Notes under the pieces: model-generated
Seen by the model: the letters and a program-made list of their open reading frames with translations, nothing else
Databases searched by the model: none
Told to the model about the DNA's origin: nothing
Program-made: the position numbers and the translations under genes
In this document: positions 52,707-64,000 of the stretch, piece by piece
Numbering within the stretch: the first letter of the stretch is position 1
Layout of the letters: each line of letters opens with the position of its first letter
NCBI GenBank assembly: GCA_951406725.2
Contig: OX597836.1
Coordinates: 20,460,001-20,524,000 of the forward strand
DNA: 64,000 nucleotides
Direction: 5' to 3'
From: Octopus vulgaris
Taxonomy: Eukaryota

Positions 52707-53091
52707 CTAGCAGTATCGCCCGGCGTTGCTCGGGTTTGTAAGGGAAATAACTATAAAGCATTTTTAGAGAGTAATAGCCAAAAAATAGCAAAAAAATGGG
52801 AAAAAAATTATGGTAAATTTTTTTTGAGAGTTAAAAAAGGTCGAGTTGCGTCCCCTAGACAGTATGTGGTTTGTGTTTCTGATTCTCGACCCCATGTCGA
52901 ATTTATCGATTTTTTTCAGAACTGGGGGAACTTTTCAAAATTTTCGCTGCGTTAGTTTTGAATTATGACATTAGGCTATGTATGTGTCAAGTTTCATCAG
53001 AATCGGTTGAAAGCCATGGTCAGGGTGAGGGTACAACCTGACAGACACACAGACACACACACAGACAAACTGCCGTTTATATAGAGAGAGA
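52707..53091 (-). mobile_element. Non-autonomous Helitron
   Basis: Minus strand TC start; end CCCGAGCAACGCCGGGCGATACTGCTAG; A/T insertion site. Confidence 0.82.
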
Positions 53092-53519
53092 TATATATAC
53101 ATGTATTGCGAGCTGGAGTGAACGACTGCTATGTTTAGTGGATGAGTATCCATCACCAAGGATGATCATAAGAAGGTCGAAACAGTATGATCTGATGGTC
53201 TCAGGGATGAAATAGTAGGGAGCTCCCTCCTCACTTGCAATATATATTGAGTGCAGAGTGCACTGCCATAACCAGCTGGAGGAGGTGTCCTCCAGGGGTT
53301 AAAATAGCAGTATCATCACTTCCTAGAGAACAGCAGTGTCTAGATGGCATTAAACACTACTTGTTAGTATGAATACTTCTTTCATCTCTTAGAGATTTTC
53401 TTGACTATATATATGTGTGTGTGTGTGTGTATATATATATATGTATATATCCCCACACATGTATACACACTTACAGACATACATAGTGAAGAATATATGA
53501 TATAAAATAAATTATGAGT

Positions 53520-53580
<61 letters not shown>

Positions 53581-53763
53581 AGAGAGAGGGGGAGAGCAAG
53601 CATCAATATGTCTATGTATGAAGTAGCAATGAAATAGAGAGACAAAGTTTAGTGTTTGAGACTTCATCTCTCCAGAATGATCACCATTGGAAAAGATTAA
53701 AGAATTAATCTGTTCTTTTCCTCTAAGAACAGAATCAAATTCTTACATTTGCAGAGAAACAAA

Positions 53764-53795
<32 letters not shown>

Positions 53796-53913
53796 AAAAA
53801 AAATGAGGTTTTGAAGAGAAACAGACAAAAAAAAAAAACAAAATGTTAAGAAAAGCAAAAAAAAAAAAACCTCCAAAAAGACCAGCATTTTATTTCTATT
53901 TGCCAGACAAGAT

Positions 53914-53979
<66 letters not shown>

Positions 53980-54703
53980 AAGAAAGGAGAGAAGGTAAGA
54001 GAAGAAGAAACTGAGGGAAGAAAAAAAGCATAGCAAAGGATTGTTTGTTTGTTAGTGTTGTTTTGTTGATGGTGGTGGCTGTGGTAGGTTGTTGCTTTAG
54101 TGGTGGTTGTTGTGATGGTGATGGCATTTGTTGTTGTAGATGTGGTAGTGGTGGTGGTGATGGCAGTCGTTGTAGTTGTGGTGGTGGTGATGGCTGTGAT
54201 TGTTGTAGATGTGGTGTAGATGTGGTGGCGGCAATGGCTGTGATTGTTGCGTGGGAGGTTGCTGGTGTGGTGGTTATTGTAGTTGTGGTGGTGGTGGTGG
54301 TGGTAGTGTGTAATATATTCTTTGAAACATTCTCACAATATCAATAGTTCTGTATGTATGTGTGCATGCGTATGTGTGTGTGTGTGTGTGCATTATATGT
54401 ATGTGCATGTGTTATATGTGTGTGTGCATCATTGTATAACTTCAAATAAGTTACTTCCTTATGCACTGATAACACTCACAAATACACATGGGATGCACAA
54501 ATATGCATGTGTTTGTGCATACACATGCACAGATAGATGTCTTTATAAATCAGGACAAACGTATCTGTTGAGATACAAATATGTAGGCATATACAGACTT
54601 GTATACTCATATACATATATGCATACACAACTATATATACACACACACAGATATATATACATATGTACTACATTCACATTATGTGTGTAAATATATATAT
54701 ATT

Positions 54704-54749
<46 letters not shown>

Positions 54750-55236
54750 CACCCACAGAGTCACATACGCAATTAGACATACATAGACAATTATAAAGCA
54801 CTCACACATGTAGATAATGTTTTTTTCTTGGAGTACATTGATAATATACATATATATACATTCACATATACAGACATGTACACAAATACACACATACAAA
54901 CATTCACCACTCACCCACTCATTCACCCACAGAATGATAGACAAATGCTTGCCTTTACAAATGCCAGAATTACAAAAGAGTTGAATGGCTCCTTAGAACA
55001 TCACCTATGAAATAAACCAGAAAGACAAGAGATGCGTGTGTGTGCGCATGTGTGTGTGTGTGTGTGTGTATAGATGTATCTATATGTAGATGTACATGGG
55101 TGGGTGGGTGGGCTGTAGGTGTAGGAGTGCAGTCTAACAGAGGTGCCTCCTTCTGCCTGGTAGAAGAAATTATTGATAAACAAAATACAGTGAGATCAAA
55201 TAGCAGAACTGATCTGCTCTCCCCCCCTCCCCTGCT

Positions 55237-55295
<59 letters not shown>

Positions 55296-55914
55296 CGCAT
55301 ACAACCGAAAAAATTCAGGAATGACAACAATAGGTAGTAGGTAATCAAATAATAACAATTTCATCATCACCACCATCATCATAACAACGAAAAACACTAT
55401 AAAAAAAAAAGGCAAGAACAAAACAATAACAAATTCATCATCATCATCATCATCATCATCATTGGTTATATAAAAAAAAAACCCACTAAAAACACTAAAA
55501 AGAAATTCCATAAACAAAACTAAACTGCAAACATTATAAATAAAACAGAAAAAAAAAAATGCTTATCACCACAACCAGCATCATCGCCATCAACATCATT
55601 ACTACCACTGTAACATCAACTTCATCACCACTACTGAAAGTACCAACATCACCTTTGGTGCTACCACCAACATCAACACTACTACCACTGCTACCACCAC
55701 TACAACATCAACAGATCAACTAAACAACGATAAAAATCAAAGAAGGAATATGGAGTATCTTCTAGACAGACTTTTAATTATCAAATGTCTGTTAACAATA
55801 TACACATAACTTATATATACACACATATATATATACATACATGTACATATATATATATATATATATACACATACATATATATACATACATACATATATAC
55901 ATATATATATACAT

Positions 55915-55945
<31 letters not shown>

Positions 55946-56191
55946 CATACATATATATATACATCATCATCATCATCGTTTAACATTCGCTTTCCATGCT
56001 AGCATAGGTTGGACATAGATACATACACACACACACATATATATATACATACACACACATATATGAATACATGGCAGGTTAAGCTAATATAAATATCACA
56101 CCTGTATATCCATACCCATCAACACATACATAAGAGTATATACACATAACTTACCATACATTCACATATATATAAATATATAAGTTATGCT

Positions 56192-56280
<89 letters not shown>

Positions 56281-56298
56281 GAATAGAGGGCGGGTTAT

Positions 56299-56373
<75 letters not shown>

Positions 56374-58193
56374 TATAACATACATATAAAGAAAAGGGAA
56401 AAAATAATTACCAGAGAGTAAACAAGAGGAGTTAGTGATAAACATTGTTACCGTATTAAACAACAACGACCACAATACCATAGGAATGCTATCGGTAAAC
56501 ACTGTTATTGTAACAAGAACTACAATCATCATCATCACTATCACTATCATTCGATATCTGTCTTTCATACTGATATGGGTTAGACACTTTGACAAGATCC
56601 AATGGCTCAGAGGACATCATCAAGCTCCAACGTATGTTCAGGTATGGTTTTTACAGCTAGACACTCTTCCTAATGTTAGTCACTTTAAATATTAATTCAC
56701 ACAAGGTGCCACGTAAATAGCATTCGTGTGAGTGCCAGTACCACATAAAAAGCACCCAGTACACTCAGTGAAGTAGTTGGCACTAGAGCATCTAGCAATA
56801 GAAATCAAGCCAAGACAGACTATGAAATCTGGTGTGCTCCCTGACTTTGCCAGTTTCTCTCAAGCCATCCAACCCATGCCAGCATGGAAAATGAACATTA
56901 AATGTTGATGATGATGATGATGATGTAAGAGCCCACAACACACGGTGTAAACACAGGAGCAAAGAGAAAATTTATAGACACAATCTACTTCATATTCTAC
57001 TTAGGATATATTTTGAAGTATTTCTAAGGCTTAATAGAAGCCAAAGACCACTCTACTACATTGATTCTGTTGGTAGAGAGACACAACATAACAAGTGATG
57101 ACCTACCAAAGATAATGATGGTGGTAGGTGACAGAAATTCCTAGTATTGCACAAAAAAAACTGTTGTTACAATCACTTCAAAAAGGAGACATTTTTGTTT
57201 TTAAATATGATTTGAGGGAGATTTGACTGTTGCTTTAAGCAGATCCTGTGATCATAAATGACAATACACTAATGATAGTATTGATGATGAAATATGATGA
57301 ACCCACCTCTCTTGGGGATGGAGTTTTTGAAGCTGTGTGGTAACCTCACTAGGGTCAGAGGTAAGAAAAGGCACCCAGCAGATCAGTTCCAGTTTCTACA
57401 AAGAGTGCTAGGGCTGACCAAAACCTGGTGAATGGATTTAGCAGGTAGGAACTGTGTGGAAGCCTCTACTATACGTGTGCGAGTGTGTTTTGTGTTTGTC
57501 GCCGCCGCCACCACCACCACCACCTGACAACTGGTGTTGGTTTGTTTACAGCCTTGTAACTCAGTGGTTTGGCTAAAGAGACTTTAAAAATAAGTATTGG
57601 GTTCTATTTGTTCAACTAAACCCTTCAGGGAGATGCCCAAGCGTAACTGCAAGTCCAATGACTGAAACCAATAAAAGATAAAAATTTTTTTTTTTTTAAA
57701 TTGAAGCTTCATATTTCTATGACTCATAACAATCACCATCATCATAATCATTATGGCTTATGATATATAATTTGGTGTAACTAATTAACAAATGGATAAG
57801 AAAAATTATATAATTATATAAAATGACTACCACCCGGGAAATCATGGAAAAAAAGAAAGAAAAGAAAATTTAACATCTGTGTGTCATGAAGCACATATAA
57901 ACGGAAATCATTACAGATGCAATCTGTTAATTATTTTTGCAACAAATGTAATTAGTTTAGTCTTAATTAAACCAACAGAACCGTTACAAACAGTTAAGCT
58001 GCAGATGTAAGTTATTAATCATTGAATATTTGTTACATTCAATTGATTTAACAACAGATGAGATCCAGTTACAAGTGGTGTGAGTTGGGTTATTACCAAT
58101 GTAAATCCAGAGAAATCTTGGGTATTTCCTAGTTGTTGTTGCTATTTTGCTTCTGGACTGCAGCTAATAGTTGTGTGGTTAAGAAATTTGCCT

Positions 58194-58345
58194 GGCTGTG
58201 TGGTAAGTAGCTTGCTAACCAGCCGCATGGTTCCAGGTTCAGTCCCACAGCGTGGCATCTTGGGCAAGTGTCTTCTGCTATAGCCCCGGGCCGACCAATG
58301 CCTTGTGAGTGGATTTGGTAAACGGAAGCTGAAAGTAGCCTGTCG

Positions 58346-58433
<88 letters not shown>

Positions 58434-58617
58434 TCCCCCTAGCATTGCTTGACAACCGATGCTGGTGTGTTTACGTCCCTGTCAATTAGCGGTTCGGCAA
58501 AAAGTGACCGATAGAATAAGTACTGGGCTTACAAAGAATAAGTCCCGGGGTCGATTTGCTCGACTAAAGGCAGTGCTCCAGCATGGCCGCAGTCAAATGA
58601 CTGAAACAAGTAAAAGA
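58194..58617 (+). mobile_element. SINE family A
   Basis: Homologous to 37693-38113. Confidence 0.9.
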
Positions 58618-59404
58618 AAAAAAGAAAAAGAAAAAAATATACTTTGGAGGTTTAGTCCTACTGTGTGGCACCCTGGGCAAGTGTCTACCATACAAACTTG
58701 CATTTCATGTTCCACCTCACCTCATACAATTTTTTCTATGTAAATGCCTACAATTTTTCATCCAACATTTTAACAAATTCCTCATCCATTACCCTGGTGG
58801 CAAATTAAGGAAATCGCTGTCATCATCATCATTGTGTTTAAATCCCCCATTCCTTTAAAATTGCTGTCCTTGTGCCAAAACTAGAAAGAATTATTATAAT
58901 TTTTAAGACAGTAGATTGCAAAAATCATTCAAGCTTTGGAAAAAAATGCTTTGTGGCTTTTGTGTACCAAATCCCTCATAAGACTTTGGTCAGATAGGGC
59001 TATAGCAGAAGACATTTGCTCAAGGTACTACACAATAGGACTTCTTGACCATATAACAATGTGTGTGTGCATGTATAAAGATCCCCTTCAATCACAAATG
59101 ACCATGAGATTGCACCTAGAAAGTTCCATTCTGAGGCACAAGTGTGGGCAAGCTTGTGTATGTAAGAGCAACAATCGCCCATGCATACCAGCTTCCCTCC
59201 TTCATGCCACTGATGTTATCCAAGGGAAAAGCAAAGGTCGATACAGCTTGGCACCAGTGATGTCACAACTCATTTCTTTAGCTGAGTGAACTGGAGTAAT
59301 GTGAAATAAAGTGTCTTGCTCAAGAAAACACTCAGCTTGGTCTGGGAGTTGAATACAAAACCTCATGATTGTAAACTCAACACTCTAACCACTGAGTCAT
59401 GCAC

Positions 59405-59445
<41 letters not shown>

Positions 59446-59447
<2 letters not shown>

Positions 59448-59568
59448 AATAATCAGAAAATGGAAAAACTTTTATTAACAAACAAACAAATTAACCAACA
59501 TTAGTTGATTATTAAAAAATTTTTGTTTGTTTGTTAATCAAAAGTTTTCTCCATTTTCTGATTATTTA
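59446..59568. repeat. Inverted repeat, about 46-bp arms
   Basis: TAAATAATCAGAAAATGGAAAAACTTTTATTAACAAACAAACAAA versus TTTGTTTGTTTGTTAATCAAAAGTTTTCTCCATTTTCTGATTATTTA. Confidence 0.9.
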
Positions 59569-59727
59569 AATTTGATTCCTGATAAATTTTTGTTTATTCT
59601 CTTGTTACCTGTACCCTATGAGCATAGTGTGCCTGCATACCCATGCCCAGGAAGAGCATAGGTAATTAAAATGGTTATTACAACTGCTAACTCTGCTTAC
59701 CTATATATATATATATATATATATATA

Positions 59728-59913
59728 CACCATGATAGATTGTTTGCCACTACACACATTTTTTTCTCTCCTTGTTTTTTCTGTGTCCCTTTCTGTAGAA
59801 GAGCGTAGGCTCGAAACGTAAAAGACTTTTTTCTATTCCTGAGCATTATACTAATACATCTGTTTGTTTTGTACACCACCTGTCTTCCTCTTTTGTTTTT
59901 TTTCATAAACTCT

Positions 59914-59918
<5 letters not shown>
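59728..59918 (+). mobile_element. TA-flanked repeat with hammerhead-like motif (same family as 13675-13870)
   Basis: CTTT-CTGTAGA-A-GAGC GTAG GCTC-GAAAC-GTA-AAAG at 59789-59824. Confidence 0.65.
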
Positions 59919-59953
<35 letters not shown>

Positions 59954-59961
<8 letters not shown>

Positions 59962-60248
59962 ATCACGTGACCAACCAGACCATCAGATGTTGTTACACAT
60001 CGCTGGTCACAATGCGTTCGCATTGTTTTAGCCTTCGAATGACGCCACCCCGCTGGCTAAGCGAGCAGGCCAACAGAAGAAAGAGTGGTGAAAGAGTACA
60101 GCAGGGATCACCACCCCCTGCCAGAACCGCATGGAGCTTTTAGGTGTTTTTGCTCAATAAACACTCACAACGCCCAGTCTGGGAATCGAAACCGCGATCC
60201 TGCAACCGCGAGTCCGCTGCCCTAATCACTGGGCCATTGCGCCTCCAC
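59954..60248 (-). mobile_element. SINE family D, tail type 1, inside (TA)n
   Basis: Reverse complement of 12283-12568; head GTGGAGGCGCAATGGCCCAGTG...GGACTCGCGG. Confidence 0.88.
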
Positions 60249-61704
60249 ATATATATATATATATATATATATTTTGGAGCTGAATCTTTTAACCACTCAA
60301 CCCATACCTGCACATCAAGAAAAAAGATGATCACAATTGGAACACCTTTTGCTGATAAGTCTGCTCAATCAAACAAATGAAGTCTTTCTGAAGACAAAAC
60401 AGAGAAACTTCTAAAGAAGGCACTCCCAAACTCTTGAAAAACTTGCCATATAATGTGAAGAATATTATAAAGGCTCCTAAAGTGTTTTGTGCTTCAACAA
60501 CAACATGTCATGTTCTAAAAATATTTTTCGTTTTCTTTTCAATATTTGGTACAAGGCCAGCAATTCTGAAGGGAAGGGAAATCGATTTCATTGATCCCAG
60601 TGCTCAACTGGCGCTTATTTTATTGATCCAAAATATGAAGACAGATAAAATACTGCTAAGCACTTCACCCGGCATGCTATCAATTCTGCCAGCTCACTGC
60701 CCTTACCTTACTAATAATAATAATGATTATGATGGAATCTCTTATTGAAGATGATATAGAGGTGTTCAGCTTTTGCTGGATGACCTGCACAAATGATTTG
60801 TTTATAGTGATCAAATGTATGTGCTGAACATTAGCTCACTCTTTCCATCAAATCAACATTGTCTGAACAGAGGCACTGTGTACCATGTGTCAGGTGTCAA
60901 AGTGATCGCAGGGCAATGTGAAATGAAGTGTTTTGCTCATAATGTGAAGAATTTTATGAAGGCTTCAACATGCCACGTTCTAAAAATATTTTTCGTTTTC
61001 TTTTTAATATTTGGTACAAGGCCAGCAATTCTGAAGGGAAGGGAAATCGATTTCATTGATCCCAGTGCTCAACTGGCGCTTATTTTATTGATCCCGAAAC
61101 ATTTAAACACAGAATATAAAGATCTGGAAAAATGCTGCTAAGCATTTTTTCTGGTGCAGTAACAACTCTGCCAGTTTGTTGCTTTGCCAATTCTTTAATA
61201 AAGTTGATGGATGATTCAGACATTTTTGTTGTAAGAATCCTTGTGACTGAAATAAAATTAAAAACTGGCGTTTTTTCTTAGAGTGCACATTAAAAAAAAA
61301 CAACAAAAAAAAAAAATGGGTGAAAAATATATCTTATGAAATATATAATGCTTTTGAGAATAATATGTCAAAACTCAAGACTAGAATCCTGGCAAAAATA
61401 TTTCTGCTCTTGAAAGCTTCTTGAAAATTTTTAGGAAAAAAGAAGAAAGTTAACTACAAAATCACTGCACAGAGTTATTTTAAATATATACGTGTGTGTG
61501 TTTGTGTGTGTGTGTGTAAGTAAGGATGGTATTCCTTGACATATACATATGGTATGCCTTGTTGCAGTACACTTTACTAGATATTTTCAACTCTATGCCC
61601 AGATTAACATTTCACTCTTCTTCCCACAGTGTGTTACAACCATATTATTCAAATAGCAATAGGCTATATTGCTATTAATGTTCTGTCTGCCTGTCTCTCT
61701 CTTG

Positions 61705-61968
<264 letters not shown>

Positions 61969-62074
61969 CTATATGTATATATATATATGTATATATGTAT
62001 GTCTATATGTATATGTTAAACGATGATGATGATATATATATATGTATATATGTATGTGTATATATGTATATATG

Positions 62075-62111
<37 letters not shown>

Positions 62112-62606
62112 CGACATGATTGACAGTTTTCATTAAACTAGATGCAAGAGTGTGAAAAATAAACTTTCTTATATTTTTGTTTTGACTATTTTCCAGAAAT
62201 CTGTAACAAGCAACTACTGCAAAGAGCAAGGTGAAGGTATCCATCGAGACTAAGGATTAATAGGTCAACAGATGAAACGTATTGGAGCCAATAGCAGACT
62301 GCAATTAATGGTTGGTTGCTTGGTATTTAAAACTATATAAAAAAAAAAGAAAAAAAAAACTTATATATGTTAGATTTCTTTATTATTAATTCCACCACAT
62401 AAAATTCTTGGCCCTGTGCCTAAATTAAGAACATCATCATTATTTAATACCAGTCTTCCTTGTTAGCAGGGACTGGGCAGTTTAACAGGATCTGACAAGC
62501 TGGACGACTGCATTAAGCTCAAACATGTATTTTGGAATGGTTTCTATGGATGAATGCCCTAACTAATGGCAACAGCATTATTATTATTATTATTATTATT
62601 ATTTTA

Positions 62607-62669
<63 letters not shown>

Positions 62670-64000
62670 CATCATTATTATCATTATGTTCTGAGTTCAA
62701 ATTCTACTGGGGTCAACTTTTCTTCTAATCCTTTCAGGGTTGATACATTAAGTACCAGTGAAACATTTGGGTTGATGTGATCGACTAGCCCCTCTCCCAA
62801 AATTTCAGGCCTTTAATAGAAAAGAAGATCGTCATCGTCGTCATCATTATCATTATTATTAAGGTAGCGAGCTGGCAGAATTGTTAGCGCAGTTGGCGAA
62901 ATGCTTTGTGACACTTCATCTGTCAGCATGTTCTGAGTTCAAACTCTTCTGAGGTCAACTTTGCCTTTCATCCTTTCTGGGTCGGTAAACTAAGTACCAG
63001 TGAAACACTGGAATCGATGTAATCGACTGGTTCCCTCCCCACAAATTTCAGGCCTTGTGCCTATGGTAGAAAGAATTATTATTATTATTACTAGGCCAAG
63101 TTGAACCCGGCAGAATTTGAACTCAGAATGTGAAGACAGATGAAATACCGCTAAGCACTTCACCCGGCATGCTATCAATTCTGCCAGCTCACTGCCTTTA
63201 CCTTACTAATAATAATAATGATTATAATGGACTCTCTTGTTGAAGATGACGTAGAGGTGTTCAGCTTTTGCTGGACGACCTGCACAAATGATTTGTTTAT
63301 AGTGATCTAATGTTTGTGCTGCACATTAGCTCATTCTCTCCATCAAATCAACATTGCCTGAACAGAGGCACGGTGTACCATGTGTCAGGTGTCAAGGTGA
63401 TCGCAGGGCAATGTGAAATTAAGTGTTTTGCTCAAGAACACAATGTACCACCCAGTCTAGGAATTGAAATCATGTTCACTAGATTGTGAGTCCAACACCC
63501 TAATCACTAGGTTATACCTAGTGGATAATAATAATAATAATAATAATAATAATTAATTCTTTTATTGGCCACAAGGGCTGACAAAAATTAATTATAACAA
63601 AAAGGGACAAAACAGGACGAAAGGTTACAAAGGGTTTTGTCCGTTTGTAAAAAAACCGTGTAAAAACAGTGTAACAATAAAAAATTAGAACAACTTTAAA
63701 CTCCCAATAGTGGGAGGCGTTACGAAAGGTTCCTGGTGGAAAATAATAATAATAATAATAAAATAAGGGGGTAATAATAATAATAATAATAATAATAATT
63801 CTTTCTAATTGTTGGCATAAGGCCAGCAATTTTGAGGGAAGGGGAAGTCTGTTACATCAACCCCAGTACTTGAAAGATATTTCATAAATCCCTAAAAAGA
63901 TGACAGGTAAAATTGATGTAGGTGGTATTTGAACTCAGAATGTAAAGCGCCAGAAGGAATGCTGCTAAGCATTTTGTCTGACCAGTGCAAACAATAATAA

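Noticed and set aside
60383-60418. TCTTT-CTGAAGA...GAAAC...AAAGA
   Set aside because: No stem II and no valid stem III or NUH triplet.
62197-62236. Plus-strand exon-like segment with a good acceptor
   Set aside because: No partner exons or recognisable peptide; consistent with a chance signal.

Overview
AT-rich, microsatellite-dense animal genomic DNA. The SINE and microsatellite landscape looks like Octopus (a cephalopod); this is an inference. The only host gene I can support is on the minus strand: ten internal coding exons (1090 nt, 49170 to 1) of a multi-PDZ scaffold of the MPDZ/MUPP1-PATJ family. All visible splice sites are GT/AG with matching phases, and the exons encode the end of PDZ8, PDZ9, PDZ10 and the first part of PDZ11 (human MPDZ numbering, from memory). 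The gene runs off both window edges. The introns hold several tRNA-derived SINE families (some with TSDs), non-autonomous Helitrons, piggyBac-, Tc1- and Merlin-like MITEs, a decayed DD37D-like transposon, and CR1 and R4-like LINE ends. Nearly all ORFs in the supplied track are repeat artefacts. The most notable non-gene signal is about eight type-I hammerhead-ribozyme motifs with unrelated stem sequences, probably Penelope-like or retrozyme relics, two of them in head-to-head foldbacks. One is sense to the pre-mRNA and carries a 90-nt branched insert in stem II. There are also long near-perfect hairpins, inverted SINE pairs that could be ADAR substrates, and two templated-insertion scars.
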